DNA of 64,000 nucleotides. Source: Octopus sinensis (taxonomy: Eukaryota). Below are positions 13,457 through 26,884 of this stretch, in pieces. The stretch lies in assembly GCF_006345805.1 (NCBI RefSeq), contig NC_042999.1:172422001-172486000 (forward strand), read 5' to 3'. The position numbers and the translations under genes are program-made. Within the stretch, counting starts at the first letter, position 1; each line of letters starts with the position of its first letter. A model generated the notes under the pieces. The model had not been told where the DNA came from. It did not search any database and saw nothing but the letters and a program-made list of their open reading frames with translations.

Positions 13457-13672
13457 AACGGGAAGCTTTATGAAAATAAACAAAAGACGAAGGCAGGTGG
13501 AAAACAAACGAACAATTGTATTAGTATGGCGCTCAGGAAATATAAATAAAACAAGTCTTTAACGTTTCGAGCCTACGCTCTTCAACAGAAAGATACACAG
13601 AGAGAGAAAAACACAGAAAGAAGGAGAGAAAAAAATGCGTGCAGTAGCTAACGAATCAACATGGCGATCTGG

Positions 13673-13675
<3 letters not shown>
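13457..13675 (-). mobile_element. Penelope-type pseudo-LTR-like cassette between (AT)n tracts
   Basis: Short non-coding unit flanked by (AT)n that carries a minimal hammerhead-like motif; hammerheads in PLE pLTRs are established knowledge. Confidence 0.55.
13556..13593 (-). ncRNA. Minimal type I hammerhead-like motif (variant core CUGUUGAA)
   Basis: Minus strand TCTTT-CTGTTGA-A-GAGC-GTAG-GCTC-GAAAC-GT-T-AAAGA: stem I 5 bp, stem II 4 bp, palindromic ACGT stem III; core position A6 is U. Confidence 0.5.
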
Positions 13676-13727
<52 letters not shown>

Positions 13728-14149
13728 ATATATATATATACATGTACACACATACGAATATAGAGGTACACGTACACACACACACACACACACACACATA
13801 TAGCCTCACACGTGTGTGAGACGGTAGGAAATTTGTTTTCCAGCCACATCATGATTCCGTATTCAAGTTGAGGTATGTTTCTGACCATGATATTCTGGTG
13901 ATCTGAAGAGAAAGCCTGCAATGTCAGCAATGATCTGTAAGCCTACAATTTTACAGTGCAATGTGTAGCATACATATTAATGCAGGCATTTAAAATATTG
14001 TAATATACACTGAAATTATTATTGTATGATGAAGGCTGCGAAACGGCCGTAATCCTACGAATAACAAGTAGCTGAATAGATATAATCATTTCGCATACAT
14101 CTTGCCGTTTTATGATTGATATATATATATTTTTATTTTTTTTTTATAT

Positions 14150-15070
14150 AGATTCAGCTCACGAGCTGATGCCATGCTGGGGCACCGCCATTTGGTGTTG
14201 CTGCATGATTTTACTTCACGAATGCTTTTTAGCAACTGCCATTTGGTGCATGAGGGAGTTCGATGCAGCTGCCCTCATCTGTACCTCCTACCGTGAAGTT
14301 GGTTCATCCGGGACACCTGACAGGAAGAGATCCAGTCCTACTTTAAAGACATTCGCATCCACCCCATGCAGGTCCCTCAGGTTCTTTGCGAGGATATTGA
14401 AGAGCTCTGGGCCTTTGAAGCCAAGGCTATCACAGTATCTTGTCCTATATCTTGATGGCAAATTTGGAGTCCTTGGAGTCCTTACGCATTTGTGTAACTC
14501 TCGATGCCAAAGTTTGGGACAAGTCCTTCCAGGATCTTCCAGATGTATATTATGGCATATCTTTCTCGCCTACGCTCCAAGGAATAGAGTTTTAATCTCT
14601 TGAGTCTTTCCCAGTAGCTTATATGCTGCACAGAGGCTATCTTCTTCGTGTAGCTTCGTTGGATCGCCTCAAGTTCTGTGATCAACTTGACACTGGATGG
14701 TGACCATAGCTGAGAGCAATAGTCAAAGTAGCTTAGGACAAGTGTCCTCCAGAGGACCATCATGGTTTCTTGTTCTCTTGTTCTAAAGGTTCTAAGAATC
14801 CATCCGGCCAGTCGTCTACATTTCATTGCCAATTTAGCAACATGTACATGAAAGGTTGCGTCATCACTCATGTAAATACCCAGGTCACGCACTGATTGTG
14901 CCTCTGGGATTGCAATCCCTCCGGGTCCAGTGTATTCATTGGGTATTGCATTTAGTTTTGCATGCCGATAGCATAAAGCTTGGAACTTTTCAGCATTGAA
15001 CTGCATGCTATTCTTTTCAGCCCACTTGTATATTTTGTCCAGCTCACATTGCAGGTGTTTAGTGTCTTCA

Positions 15071-15072
<2 letters not shown>
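14150..15072 (-). mobile_element. 5'-truncated CR1-group LINE 3' end, relatively well preserved
   Basis: ORF 14482-15006 [55 protein letters not shown]; continues after a deletion with FKGPELFNIL..LDLFLSGVPDEP; A-rich tail toward 14130. Confidence 0.95.
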
Positions 15073-15130
<58 letters not shown>

Positions 15131-15200
15131 ACGCATACATATATATATATAGATATATATATATATATATATATACATATACGTATACATATATATATAT

Positions 15201-15242
<42 letters not shown>

Positions 15243-15376
15243 ATATATGCGTGTACGTATGCGAGAGTGCGCATATTTATATAGATATAAACGTTTATTT
15301 AAACGAATGTGTGTATATATATACACTCACAAATGTACACACATATATACATATATGTATATATATATATATATAT

Positions 15377-15411
<35 letters not shown>

Positions 15412-15505
15412 ATATGTATATATATACACATATATGTATGTATGTGTGTGTATCTATGTATGTATGTATGTATGTATGTATGTATGTATGTATGTATGTA
15501 TGAAT
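15072..15505. repeat. Compound (AT)n/(ATGT)n microsatellite
   Basis: Direct reading. Confidence 0.97.
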
Positions 15506-16171
15506 GTATGTGGAGGGGAAACCGAGAAAATGAGATGGGACGATTTATAGAAATTGCCTGAGCTATAAAATTTATTGCATTACAGAAACATATTAAGTAT
15601 TTTTATATACATGTATCAATGAATAAGCTGCATTTCTCGAAAATACAGTTTATAAATGCGTATAATTATAGGTGTCTATATCCATATGATATATTTCAGA
15701 GTCATCTTCGTAAATACTATCACGTACACACTGCGGCATACACATAAACACCCATATCAATACACATACACTCAAACTCACATATGTAATATCCACTTTG
15801 TAAAACTGCAGGTAAGTGTGTGTATGTGCGTGCGTGTGCGTGAGTGTATTGGCGTATGTTATCCTCTATTTTCTTTTCCTCCCTTTGCATCCCCGACTAT
15901 ATAATTTATAATACTTCAGTTGTAATATGCGCTGCATAAAATTGTATTATGATCAGTTATTTATTTATGAAAACCACTTTTGAATATTTCTACAGGAAAG
16001 TGACCGTGTTATATATCTTATTTATTCAACTTCATGACAGTATCAATCACGGGATGCATTTTACGAAAGAAGCACAACACATTATATTAACGATGATGTT
16101 GTCCACATAGGAGAAAGAAATCGTAGATGTAGGTATTGCTGCCTATTAAATTTTCATTTCAAATTCTGTTT

Positions 16172-16510
16172 CCAGGTGCAGGAGTGGCTGTGTGGTAACA
16201 AGCGTGCTTCCTAACAGCATTATCCCAGGTCCAGTCCCGCTACATAGCACCTTGGGCAACTGTCTTCTACTATAGCCTTGAGCCACCCAAATTCTTGAGT
16301 GAATTTAGTAAACAGAAACTGAAAGAAGCCTGACGTATGTTTGTGTGTGTATGTGTGTGCTTGTGTCAGCATTTTTCCCATCCACCGTTCGACAACTTGT
16401 AACTCAGAAGCTCAGAGTATCGGCTAACGAGACCGATAAAATAACTACCAGGTTTATAAATAAAACGATTTCTTGAGTTGTTTCATTTTGACTAGAAACA
16501 AGTAAAACAC
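16172..16510 (+). mobile_element. SINE family A, diverged copy
   Basis: GGTGCAGGAGTGGCTGTGTGGTAA..CACCTTGGGCAACTGTCTTCTACTATAGCC..GAAACTGAAAGAAGCC, (TG)n linker, decayed body ending GAAACAAGTAAAA. Confidence 0.85.
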
Positions 16511-17059
16511 AAGAAGATATATAATCTCGCTTCAAACTTTAATATATTTTTTTATTAAATTTTGAATCCGGCATTAATTTTAGTTAACTGTTTTAATATT
16601 ATTGTATTAAATGATGCGCTGAAACGCTGCGAACTCATAGAATCGTTACTAGGCCGGACAGAATGTTTAGTGCTCCTAATGATCCAGATACAATTCCAAC
16701 GTGCCTTTCATCATCTCGGAGTTGGTAAAACAAGTACATTTGACCCTTGTGTCTACAGGAGAAAAGATTATTTGATGCATTGTTTTTTTTTTTCTTTTTC
16801 AGATACTCTTTCAATTGCGAAATGTGATTTTTATGAACTCGGGTTTAATATACATAGTGGTGCTATTTTAAATTACAAGAATGCTACAAGTTGAATTTAG
16901 GTTGAAAATTAATCAAAGAAATCACAGTTACATTTTAAAACCGAGATGTTATGATAAATTGTTATACATACATAAATACATACACACATACATCTATACA
17001 TATACACGTATACATATATGTATGTACGGTATCGAAGCGGTTATACACCGCTGATCACA

Positions 17060-17430
17060 ATGATATACTGTACTTGTCGGTTCTCCCAAACCGAGCGATT
17101 AATAATTATCGGTTTCATGGTGACATGATGTGCATCAGTAGAGTCAAACTTGGCTGGCTTACATTCCGCGCTGGTAAAGAAACGTTCGAGCTTTGTTTTC
17201 AGTCTTACGATCGCCTCTATTCCGGAAGGCCTGGTTATAGAACAGGGTATGATTATTAAAGATATCCTCATTAACAGGTAGGTTAGAAACAGCAGCGATA
17301 ATGCTTTAAGGGTAAATCTGGGATGATTAGACAGGATATTGGTATATTATAACAATTCATTCGGTCCATGGGAAGGGAAATATGTTAACGTCTATGTCGA
17401 GAGTTACGATAGTTGCTTTAGTACTATTTT
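17060..17430 (-). mobile_element. Penelope-like retroelement RT C-terminal fragment, degenerate
   Basis: Minus-strand frames give LDIDVNI.., YTNILSNHPRFTLK and IIAAVSNLPVNEDIFNNHTLFYNQAFRN, resembling the PLE RT SNHP..ISNLS.NE.IFN..Y..AL region (recognised by eye). Confidence 0.6.
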
Positions 17431-17565
17431 CGAATAAAATAAGATTAGAATTCTTAATGCACCTATGTCCCTCCATAGATTCCTTCTCAATTATAATGTG
17501 AATTGCAAATATCAAATTTCTAAATATCTCAGAGATATATAAGCAGTGGTGGAACGATAGAGCAG

Positions 17566-17830
17566 TTGTATACTGTCAACTTAACGTGACAGTCCCATAA
17601 AGGGAATCACACATCACTATTTAGCCCTAGGAAGCATCAACGCTTCCTGTCGGCCTTGACACATGTCCTTATGTTTACAAAGGGGAGACAAGCACCCCCG
17701 TCTCCCCTTTGTAAACATAAGGACACAGGAAATGTGTCAAGGCCGACAGGAAGCGTTGATGCTTCCTAGGGCTAAATAGCGGTGGTGTGATTCCCTTTAT
17801 GGGATGTCACGTTAACTTGACAGTATACAA
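17566..17830. mobile_element. Fold-back (palindromic) MITE
   Basis: Arms of ~125 bp: TTGTATACTGTCAA..AAAGGGGAGAC and GTCTCCCCTTT..TTGACAGTATACAA, ~10-nt spacer, one 7-nt indel and a few mismatches; TA at both termini. Confidence 0.85.
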
Positions 17831-18965
17831 TGTGAATTACCTTGGTAAAGAATTTCAGTAATGTTTACCTATAGATATTCTCAAAACAGAACTTGAGAAT
17901 GAGGAAGATCTAAGCTTGAGACAGGTTAACAGCTATCGTAATTTGATACATAAATAATTAGTTGCAGATATATATGAGAGAATATTCCCCTACCAAATAC
18001 CCTCAAAATTTACACTCAAACGGCAAGACGTATACATCAATGTGATAGCTATCATACCAGGCAATACATTTATAGCGCTCCAACTCACTACGTATTTATC
18101 AAATCGCACTCAAAGCATGTGATTCATTACTTCATCACCTAATAGATTTACGTGTATAATTTTCCTCACTCCTCTGGGCAGACATTCTACAGATCTCCTC
18201 TCCATCTTATTCTATTGATGCTTATTATGTTAAGATTAACTGTTAGAAATATTGATTGATTCAGTGTCAGTAAGTGTATGTAAATTATGCTGTAATTCAC
18301 TGCAGCATTAATAACTGCACTAACTAAAGTAATGAACCGATTAGGGAACTTCTGCATACTTCAATAACCTGTTAGAAATAGCTACCGCATAAGTAAATGA
18401 CAACTTACCTCCGTGAAAATTGCATACAAAATGTTCAGGAATGGAATATAGTATACTCAAAATGAAGCACTGGTTTGAATGCGCTTTACTGTGATTTTGG
18501 ACATTGGTGTTATCAATTTGAATTGACTTGAGCGTAAACAATATATATAAACTATAAATATTGTTTGTACTAATAATGAGTTCGTGCATTATCACAAATT
18601 CAGATATGTTTTGACATACAGTTCAAATCAATTAAACCTGTTCAATATGGCGCGCATTTACTGACTTTGGATGTGTTACATTTGTTCATTATACAGCAAA
18701 ATATAAAAGATAGGATTTTATTAAGAAAGTAAATATTCTACAGTGCTCTAACTTTCCTAACACGACGATGAAGAACTAGAACGATCACATAGCGCACGCC
18801 TGGGTATACAACACATAATATTGTCTTACCGTATTATATGGAACTATTTACTGCTAGTTCTTGCTGCGAGCCCACAATCCTATATTTAAATTGGACTCAT
18901 TTGACCATGCTTATCTTAACAAATTCTTCTCATATTTTTCTCTTCAAATGATACTTGAAGAGGCT

Positions 18966-19158
18966 GAGCAGAAGAAGAAGAAGCAGAAGAAGAAGAAGGA
19001 GAAGAAGAAGAAGAAGGAGAAGAAGAAGAAGAAGAAGAAGAAAGAAGAAGAAGAAGAAGAAGAAGCAGAAGAAGAAGAAGAAGAAGAAGAAGAAGAAGAA
19101 GAAGAAGAAGAAGAAGAAGAAGAAGAAGAAGAAGAAGAAGAAGAAGAAGAAGAAGAAG
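18966..19158. repeat. (GAA)n tract with GGA/GCA interruptions
   Basis: Direct reading. Confidence 0.98.
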
Positions 19159-19184
19159 ATTGTCATCATGCAAATAAAGGATAC

Positions 19185-19420
19185 TAGAAAATGGACTCAA
19201 AAACGAAATTAGAATTGTAATGGGATGCTATTACAGAAGCTAAACAACGAAAATAGGATACCGAAGAAGAATACATAATATTTGGACAGAGATAGCAAAG
19301 ACTTCTAGTCCGAACAAATTTAATCGTGGAAGGACGTTACTTATACAGAACACAAAGTAAAGAAAGAGGTAGGCATAAATTTATAGACATAGAAATTCTG
19401 CGAGGAGGGGATCTGTGAAT
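19185..19420 (+). mobile_element. R4/Dong-type ORF N-terminal remnant
   Basis: KWTQK then EIRIVMGCYYRS*TTKIGYRRRIHNIWTE, resembling the KWT..E...MECYY.S....GYRRRMH.IW N-terminal block of R4/Dong-like elements (recognised by eye). Confidence 0.55.
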
Positions 19421-19931
19421 ACTATCACTCCAAGGACATGACTGGTATCTCCCATTATCGACCTCAGGGTGCTGTAAAATTTGGTAACACAGAATATAAT
19501 GAACCAGAGAATATAACACGCGGTATATTTTCGAAGTCAAGTTTTATCAGTTCATACATAAAAGAGAAATATATTTGCTACAAAAAGTACTACAAGCGTG
19601 AAAAAAGGTAAGAATATGATACAATATTTTTTTTAAATTTTGAGTATTTACTCGCTCAAAACAAAGTAAATTAGCCCACGTAAAATGGAGAATGACATTA
19701 CTTATGTGGAATAATATATATTAAGGCCGCGTACCCCTCATACTCTACAACACTCTGCATAGTGAAACAGCCGACTTTGCCCATGATCTATGCCGTAGTG
19801 TGAAGCAGGATGCTTTATATATCCTGCTGGGAGTGATCTTTTGGGGTTACACATAGATGTATGTATATGTGTAAGTATATGAGAGAGAGACAGTACATTC
19901 TCCTGTCGATGTTGGCAAGTACATACATACG

Positions 19932-19997
<66 letters not shown>

Positions 19998-20529
19998 TAC
20001 AACACGGCACCAATGTTTACTGGAAATAGTAGTCGATAAATTTGCGACGCTATAGTAAAGCTTCACTGTATATCTCCTGGCTAAGACGTATGAGAGCGAA
20101 CATAAAAAAAAATTCGTTTTACTTCTAGGAAGAACATAAGATAAATGGACAACCCAGAATTGGATAATCTAGTAGTTCGGTTTAGGACTCCTCACATACG
20201 TTTGTTACCGTAAATTTGATTAGTCTTCTTCAATATTTACCTGCACAATATTTCAAATGATGCTTCATCAATGCCAGTATACTCACCTGAACACCTAACC
20301 GTTAACAAAACCGAAAGCTGTAATATAGATATAGATATATATATATATACACACACATACATGCATAGATACATGCGTACATACATGCATACATACATAC
20401 AGATGCACATACATACATTCATACATACATACATAAATACATACATATAAACTATATGCATTACTGCGGAAATATAAGTGAGTTACGTGCTCGCTTGAAC
20501 GGAAATTAATTGTTTCAAATTATGGCAGA

Positions 20530-20720
20530 ACGCCAGCCTTTTAAGCGGAAAGGAGTTAGTCAGTTACATCGACTCCACAACTTGACTTTTACCTTATTTT
20601 ATCGATCCTGATAGGATGAAAGGCAGATTCGACCCTGACGGAATTTGAATTCAGCAACTGAAAAGGGAGAAAGGAATCACGCTAAGCATATTGCCCAGAG
20701 CACTAACGATTCGATCAGCA
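20530..20720 (-). mobile_element. SINE family B, diverged
   Basis: Reverse complement contains GAATTCAAATTCCGTCAGGGTCGAATCTGCCTTTCATCCTATCAGGATCGATAAAATAAG, homologous to 21193-21428. Confidence 0.75.
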
Positions 20721-21192
20721 ATACGTCAGAATTTGAGTAGGTGTGATTATGCAATATTAAATTGTGCGGAAGCTACTCTACATTACTCACTTTACAATAA
20801 CTATACCCGTTGGGGATATATAATTGATACTTAATCACACTTGTCTCCAAATTAAAACGTTCGATTCTTGATATATGACTCCCAATTGTTAGCAAGATTG
20901 CGTTAAATTTTGCTGCATGACATAAGTGATAAGTGCAATTTTCTATAGCTACTGGTGGCGAATGACCTGGCAAGATGGAAATTGAACTGAACCCCGTCGT
21001 ATGGATTGCATGAGTAATTGAAAGGCCATGTCTTGCCACATACTGTCACGCTGATTCCTTCTAAGAAATATTGTTTAGTGATACACATATCATTGAATTA
21101 CTCGGCTACTTACACGTTGATTCAACGAGCTTTGTAGCGAATTTATTGAAGCAAGTGAAAACTCATGTTTGAAAATTCCAACCGAGCTTCTT

Positions 21193-21428
21193 ATTATTTC
21201 TTTACTGCCCACAAGGGGCTACACACAGAGGGGACAAACAAGGACAGACAAACGGATTAAGTCGATTATATCGACCCTAGTGCGTAACTGGTACTTATTT
21301 AATCGGCCCCGAAAGAATAAAAGGCAAAGTCGTCCTCGGCGGAATTTGAACTCAGAACGTAGCGGCAGACGAAATACTGCTAAGCATTTCGCTCGGCGTG
21401 CTAACGTTTCTGCCAGCTCACCGCCTTT
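21193..21428 (-). mobile_element. tRNA-derived SINE, family B, full length, with 16-bp target-site duplication
   Basis: Sense: AAAGGCGGTGAGCTGGCAGAAACGTTAGCACGCC..GAGTTCAAATTCCGCC..TTAAATAAGTACCAGT..GGCAGTAAAGAAATAAT; TCCAACCGAGCTTCTT at 21177-21192 and 21441-21456. Confidence 0.92.
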
Positions 21429-22538
21429 ATAGAAAGAAGCTCCAACCGAGCTTCTTTCGATATATATAGTCCTACAGTCCAGCAGAAAATGCCGTCCAAT
21501 AGCTTTGAACTTGAAAATACGTGAATGCCAATTGCATGTGAAACTATTAGGGAGAGCTTTACTGAATTCCTTCGGGTTTTTCCTGAATAATGCATTTTCA
21601 AATACACTACATCTCAGTGTATAACAATAGCAAATATTGATTCTGATGCATATGTGTGCGAATGATGTTTGTTATTAAGGAAATTGTTATTTAATGCTCA
21701 AAAATTTTAGCTTCCTGTGATCTTTTTCTTCATGAATATTGTGTTCGTTATACCTTTGTATTTAACCGTACATATCTCATAGAGGGTATTACATTCATAA
21801 TCAATGACATCCAATATATACAACAATAAGATGCAACCAGGGCGGGGCTTGTGAGAGCAAATGGTTATTCTCACAAGATTGCATTGCGTTTCGCAGCAAA
21901 AACATGTCGTTTTGAAAACACCAGTCACTAAATCTTCTTTGAAGCTTTGAATCCAATAATATCTTCAAAGTGCTAACGGGTATTCTGGCTCGACGCATAT
22001 CGTATATTCCTTATCTATCTTTTAAACTATCTTCTACATTTCCAACTCATATAAACTTTAACCCAGAATTTATTCCGCTTCAGAGAACAGAAATTTCTTT
22101 CTCTATTTCTCTTTTACTGGAAATCAATTTTTTTTGTCGCTTCCCCTCCCATCTATATTTTTCGATGAATGAATGTTTCAAAGTCATATTATATGTTACA
22201 TTATTCTATGATAGCTTAACATCTGCAATGATATGATTATCCTTATTTCTGCACTGCAATAAGATTACTGGAATAGGAATAAATCCAAAAGAAAAAGAAT
22301 GAATCTCCGATTATTCAAATATGCTGTAGGACCAAAGGAAATGAGTCAGATATAATATATAAATTTATGCGCGTGTGTATTTAAACTTATCAGTCTTGGT
22401 GTAGTGCTGTTACTGAATGTGTTTATCGTAAGAAAATCGATGTGTGAATTTTCTTTCTCTTTCTCTCTTTCCTCTCCATTTCTCTACCTCTCCTTCCCTC
22501 TCTAACTCTCTCCCTTCCCTCCTCCCTGTTTCACTGGT

Positions 22539-22600
<62 letters not shown>

Positions 22601-22637
22601 ACACAATGATACTTATATGTATCTAAATGTATATGAG

Positions 22638-22668
<31 letters not shown>

Positions 22669-22699
22669 TCATGTGTGAAATGCAGAAAAATGTGTGCGT

Positions 22700-22728
22700 G
22701 TCTAGATAGATAGATAGATAGATAGATT

Positions 22729-22809
<81 letters not shown>

Positions 22810-22924
22810 GTAGATAGATATACAGATCGATAGGTAGATAGATAGACACATACATACATACATACATAATGATGCTGATACGTATAAAAAATAGATATAT
22901 ATATATATATATACACATACATAT

Positions 22925-22983
<59 letters not shown>

Positions 22984-23040
22984 TCATCGTCACTATTATT
23001 ATATTATACATGTAGTAGTAGTAGTAGTAGTAGTAGTATC
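22700..23040. repeat. (AGAT)n and (TAG)n microsatellites with a duplicated ~40-bp junction block
   Basis: Direct reading; (TAG)nTATCATCGTCACTATTATTATATTATACAT occurs twice (22975-23010, 23015-23066). Confidence 0.93.
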
Positions 23041-23066
23041 ATCGTCACTATTATTATATTATACAT

Positions 23067-24780
23067 ATACAGACAACAGATTAGACTGTTGGAAAAGAAA
23101 AACTCCTAACGTCGGCCACAACAAGTAACCTTAGATGTCAAGAACCCTCCTAATTATCCTAGCTGTCCCTAATAACACAGTTTTGTGGAGCTTTACTAAA
23201 CTGGGTTTTATTTCCGCTATCCAACTGTTCATTGGATAGTTCCCAATGAGAACTAACTAATGGCATACATTTTACCAACATTTTCCATAAACTCTGTAAT
23301 TCAATGGCTAGGTCCTGCTACTTTGTTATTTTTCTATAACTTTCATATTGATTTTGTCATCATTTGGCACTGTAAAGTCAATGATCAGGCACTTTCTAAT
23401 CGTTTTATCTACTACTTCTAAACCAGGCCTTCTAGCTCCTATTACTCTGTCAGTCTGTATGTCGTACACCATCCTGTATTTCGTACTTTCTAGTATTTTA
23501 GTAGGTTCTTGTTCATACCTTTTATCAGTATGTTCATATCCTAGCTTTCTACATAACTCCCAGTGAATTGCTCTCCTTAAGATGTCATGACTTTTCTTAT
23601 AATCTTACTGTTGCCAGCATACTACATTCACTTGCTATACACTTTCCTCATTTGTTTTGCATAACCTCTAATGAGAATTTAATTGATTTTAATTCATCTT
23701 GGCTTTTATCCAATTAATAATTAATACTTGATATTATGCTGCTATTAACAAACTTTCTGTCTCTCTCTTCAGCCCTCTTTTCTGCAACCATAAACATGTC
23801 TCAGTACTATTATTTGCTGCAACTATCTATGGGAATCTACCATACAACGCCTTTTCCTACCAGCCAGATAACTTCTGTTCTTTTTTCTGGTTTTTAAGTT
23901 CGTTTGGTGTTTTGGCTTCCCAATGTCTTGCTGTGACTCGAGCAACTTCTAATAAACTTTCTTCACCATTACCTACATAGGAGTCTATATCTACTCTAGC
24001 TAGCTCCACGCAGTCTTCTACTGATATTAATCTACTTCCGCCTTCCTTTCTAAGTAAGTATAAAATTGCTACTCCTGCCCTTGTGAGGAGCCTTCCATTT
24101 ATATTCAATTCCTACTTCGTTCTTCTGTCTAGCTTTGCTAATTCAGTTTTTATCCAATCTACTAAAACTGTTCAGTATCTAATTAACGTCACTGCCCAAG
24201 TATTACAGCCTTCACTAGAATCAGACCATTTAGCTTTGACTTTATTAGTATCCTTAACCTTCTGATGTACTACTTTTTAATTTTCGTTTTCATTTCTATA
24301 GTTAGTACTCTGTCAGATTCTAATACACCTAGATGCATATAACTCTCTCCTCCTTTCACTGATTTTAATGCCTGGCCATATGGTAACTGTTCAATACCTG
24401 TCTCCTTCTGGTGGCTAATATTGTACATTTATCTATGCCAAATTCCATGCCTATATCTTCGCTGAAGAGTCTTACAGTCTGTATAAAGAAATCTATCTCC
24501 TTTTAATTTTTTTACTAAATGCTTCAGACCATACATGTACAGCAATTTTTATTTTTTCCCTTACAATTTCTGAACTGATACGCTACCTTTGCTTCCCTTA
24601 ATACTAATCTGAGGGGGATCACACATAAGACAAATATTAGAAGGAAAACTAGTCCCCGTGGAAAATTTCTCTTTTCTTATTAACCTTCCCTAAAACTGTG
24701 TCACGTGAGTACAGATTTACTTTCAATTTCTTCATACTAAAATTAATTAATTCTCTTATGTTCTTTGCTATACTGAATAT
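23067..24780 (-). mobile_element. Degenerate Dong/R4-clade non-LTR retrotransposon (RT to C-terminus)
   Basis: Minus strand: TVRLFSEDIGMEFGIDKC; ORF 23857-24108 LYLLRKEGGSRLISVEDCVELAR; WLQKRGLKRETESLLIAA; HDILRRAIHWELCRKLG; IQTDRVIGARRPG..CLIIDFTVPND (RLE). Confidence 0.88.
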
Positions 24781-25298
24781 ACTCAAACACACACAAATTC
24801 ACATATGTACATTCATGAATATACATTCACATAGATACGTGCATTTTATATAGACTCGCAGGGATATTCACACACTAATGCGAACAAGCGCGTGTATAAG
24901 TGTATCTGCGAGTCTTGTGTGTGAATTTGTGGCAACTTGTAATTTAATGATGACGTATATTTTTGTTCGAAGCATAAACATGAAAACTAGAAAAGAAAAC
25001 TGACACAAAATATGTACAGATTCTGGTATATATAATGGCTCTAGGATTCATTCACCAAAATATACAACCAAAATCTATACAGACGCACATACGCACAAAC
25101 AAACGCAGACACGCGAGCACACATATATACACATACACACACAGATGTATGTGTATATATATATATATGTGTGTGTGTGTACGTGCATGTGTGTGTATGT
25201 GTGTTTGTGTGTGTGTACACGGAAATATTCCAAAGCTAATTTTGCTTTCAACATACATATACATCAATGAGTATATTATATATGAATGTGTGTAGGTG

Positions 25299-25386
<88 letters not shown>

Positions 25387-25492
25387 ATATATATATACAT
25401 ATAGTTATATATATATTTATATATACACACATATATATATATAAATTTATATATATACGAATATATATTAGTTATGTATATCAATATCTATA

Positions 25493-25595
<103 letters not shown>

Positions 25596-25862
25596 TATCC
25601 GTATATTGAAGGCAAAATACCTTCAGAATATTTTCATATTTTAACAAGTTAAGAAAAGATTGATGAAGAATGTTATAAGCCTCTTGGCTGTCTGCACTGA
25701 ATATACATCTATCCAACTGAGGTAAAGTAAAAGCCAGTCTAAAGATAATACATGAGCTATATGCAGCTCATTATATTACACATACTTAAATATACATACA
25801 AATATATACGCACAATCGATATAAGCCACATGTACATAAGCCCATATATGTATGTATATATA

Positions 25863-25898
<36 letters not shown>

Positions 25899-26534
25899 TA
25901 TGTATATTTAAGTGTATTGCCTCTCTATATATGCAGGTATTGAGCTACATATCTATGTACTCTCTAGAAAGCACCGTCGAATAACGTGGTAGCATTTGGT
26001 ACCGACTCCAAACGATAGTGGCGGACATTCTCAAGAAAGAAGAAAACACTAGTTTTGACATATCATTAAAGGAAAATAATATATATTCTGGAAATAAAAG
26101 GACAATTGTTGACATGTTTCTCCTTCTATAATTTTCCCCATCGCTGCAAATACCCTGCATTTCCTCCAACTGAGGACTTATGTAGAATGCATATACAGAA
26201 GAACTATGTAGAAAACACACACTGTGCTATGTTGTCCTTTAATGACTTTCAACATAGAAGAAAGAAATAATGAGGGAACTGGAATATTTTTGAGTAACAA
26301 CAATATATGGATGCACACACACACAAATACACGCACGCTCTACGTTCATATATGTGTGTGTGTGTGTGTGCGTGTGCGCACTCTTGCCTGTTTTGCTTGT
26401 GTGTGCGTGTATATATATATATGTATATATACACACATATATATTTATATATAGATACATATATATATTTATATTTATACATATATATTCACTTATATAT
26501 ATATGTATATATATATATATATATATATAACACA

Positions 26535-26573
<39 letters not shown>

Positions 26574-26609
26574 GTCTATATATGTATATATATATCTATG
26601 TATATATAT

Positions 26610-26880
26610 TGGGACTCCCTTCGGTCACGACACTGACCATGGAATTGCACCTAGAAAGTTACCCTCCTAGTCACAAGTCTGAGCAAGGTAGTTTATGGAA
26701 GACCAGCAGTCGCCAATGTATACCGGCCTCCCCTCTCAACGCCACCAGTGTTATCCAAGGGAAAGGCAACAGCCAATACAGCTTGGCACCCGTGACGTCG
26801 CAACTCATTTCTACAGCTGAGTTAACTGGTGCAACGTGAAATAAAATCTCTTGCTTAAGAACACAACACGCAACCCGGTC
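26610..26880 (-). mobile_element. SINE family D (body and 3' tail)
   Basis: Sense: GTGTTCTTAAGCAAGAGATTTTATTTCACGTTGCACCAGTTAACTCAGCTG..CAATTCCATGGTCAGTGTCGTGACCGAAGGG; related head and body at 62055-62160. Confidence 0.75.
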
Positions 26881-26884
26881 CGTG

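Noticed and set aside
16562-16894. 110-aa ORF with an apparent in-frame 78-nt intron (16725-16802)
   Set aside because: Plausible splice signals and open frames exist on both strands, none matches a family I recognise, and I cannot choose among them without RNA data.
18861-19212. Poly-K/poly-E and poly-R/K ORFs
   Set aside because: Produced by the (GAA)n tract; flanking residues show no protein signal. The same applies to 34030-34218 and 48485-48815.
19391-19607. 72-codon open frame ending at a strong donor AAG/GTAAGA, with an acceptor at ~20126
   Set aside because: Continues a decayed R4/Dong N-terminal remnant, has a weak upstream acceptor, the joined frame stops after 4 codons, and no homology was recognised.
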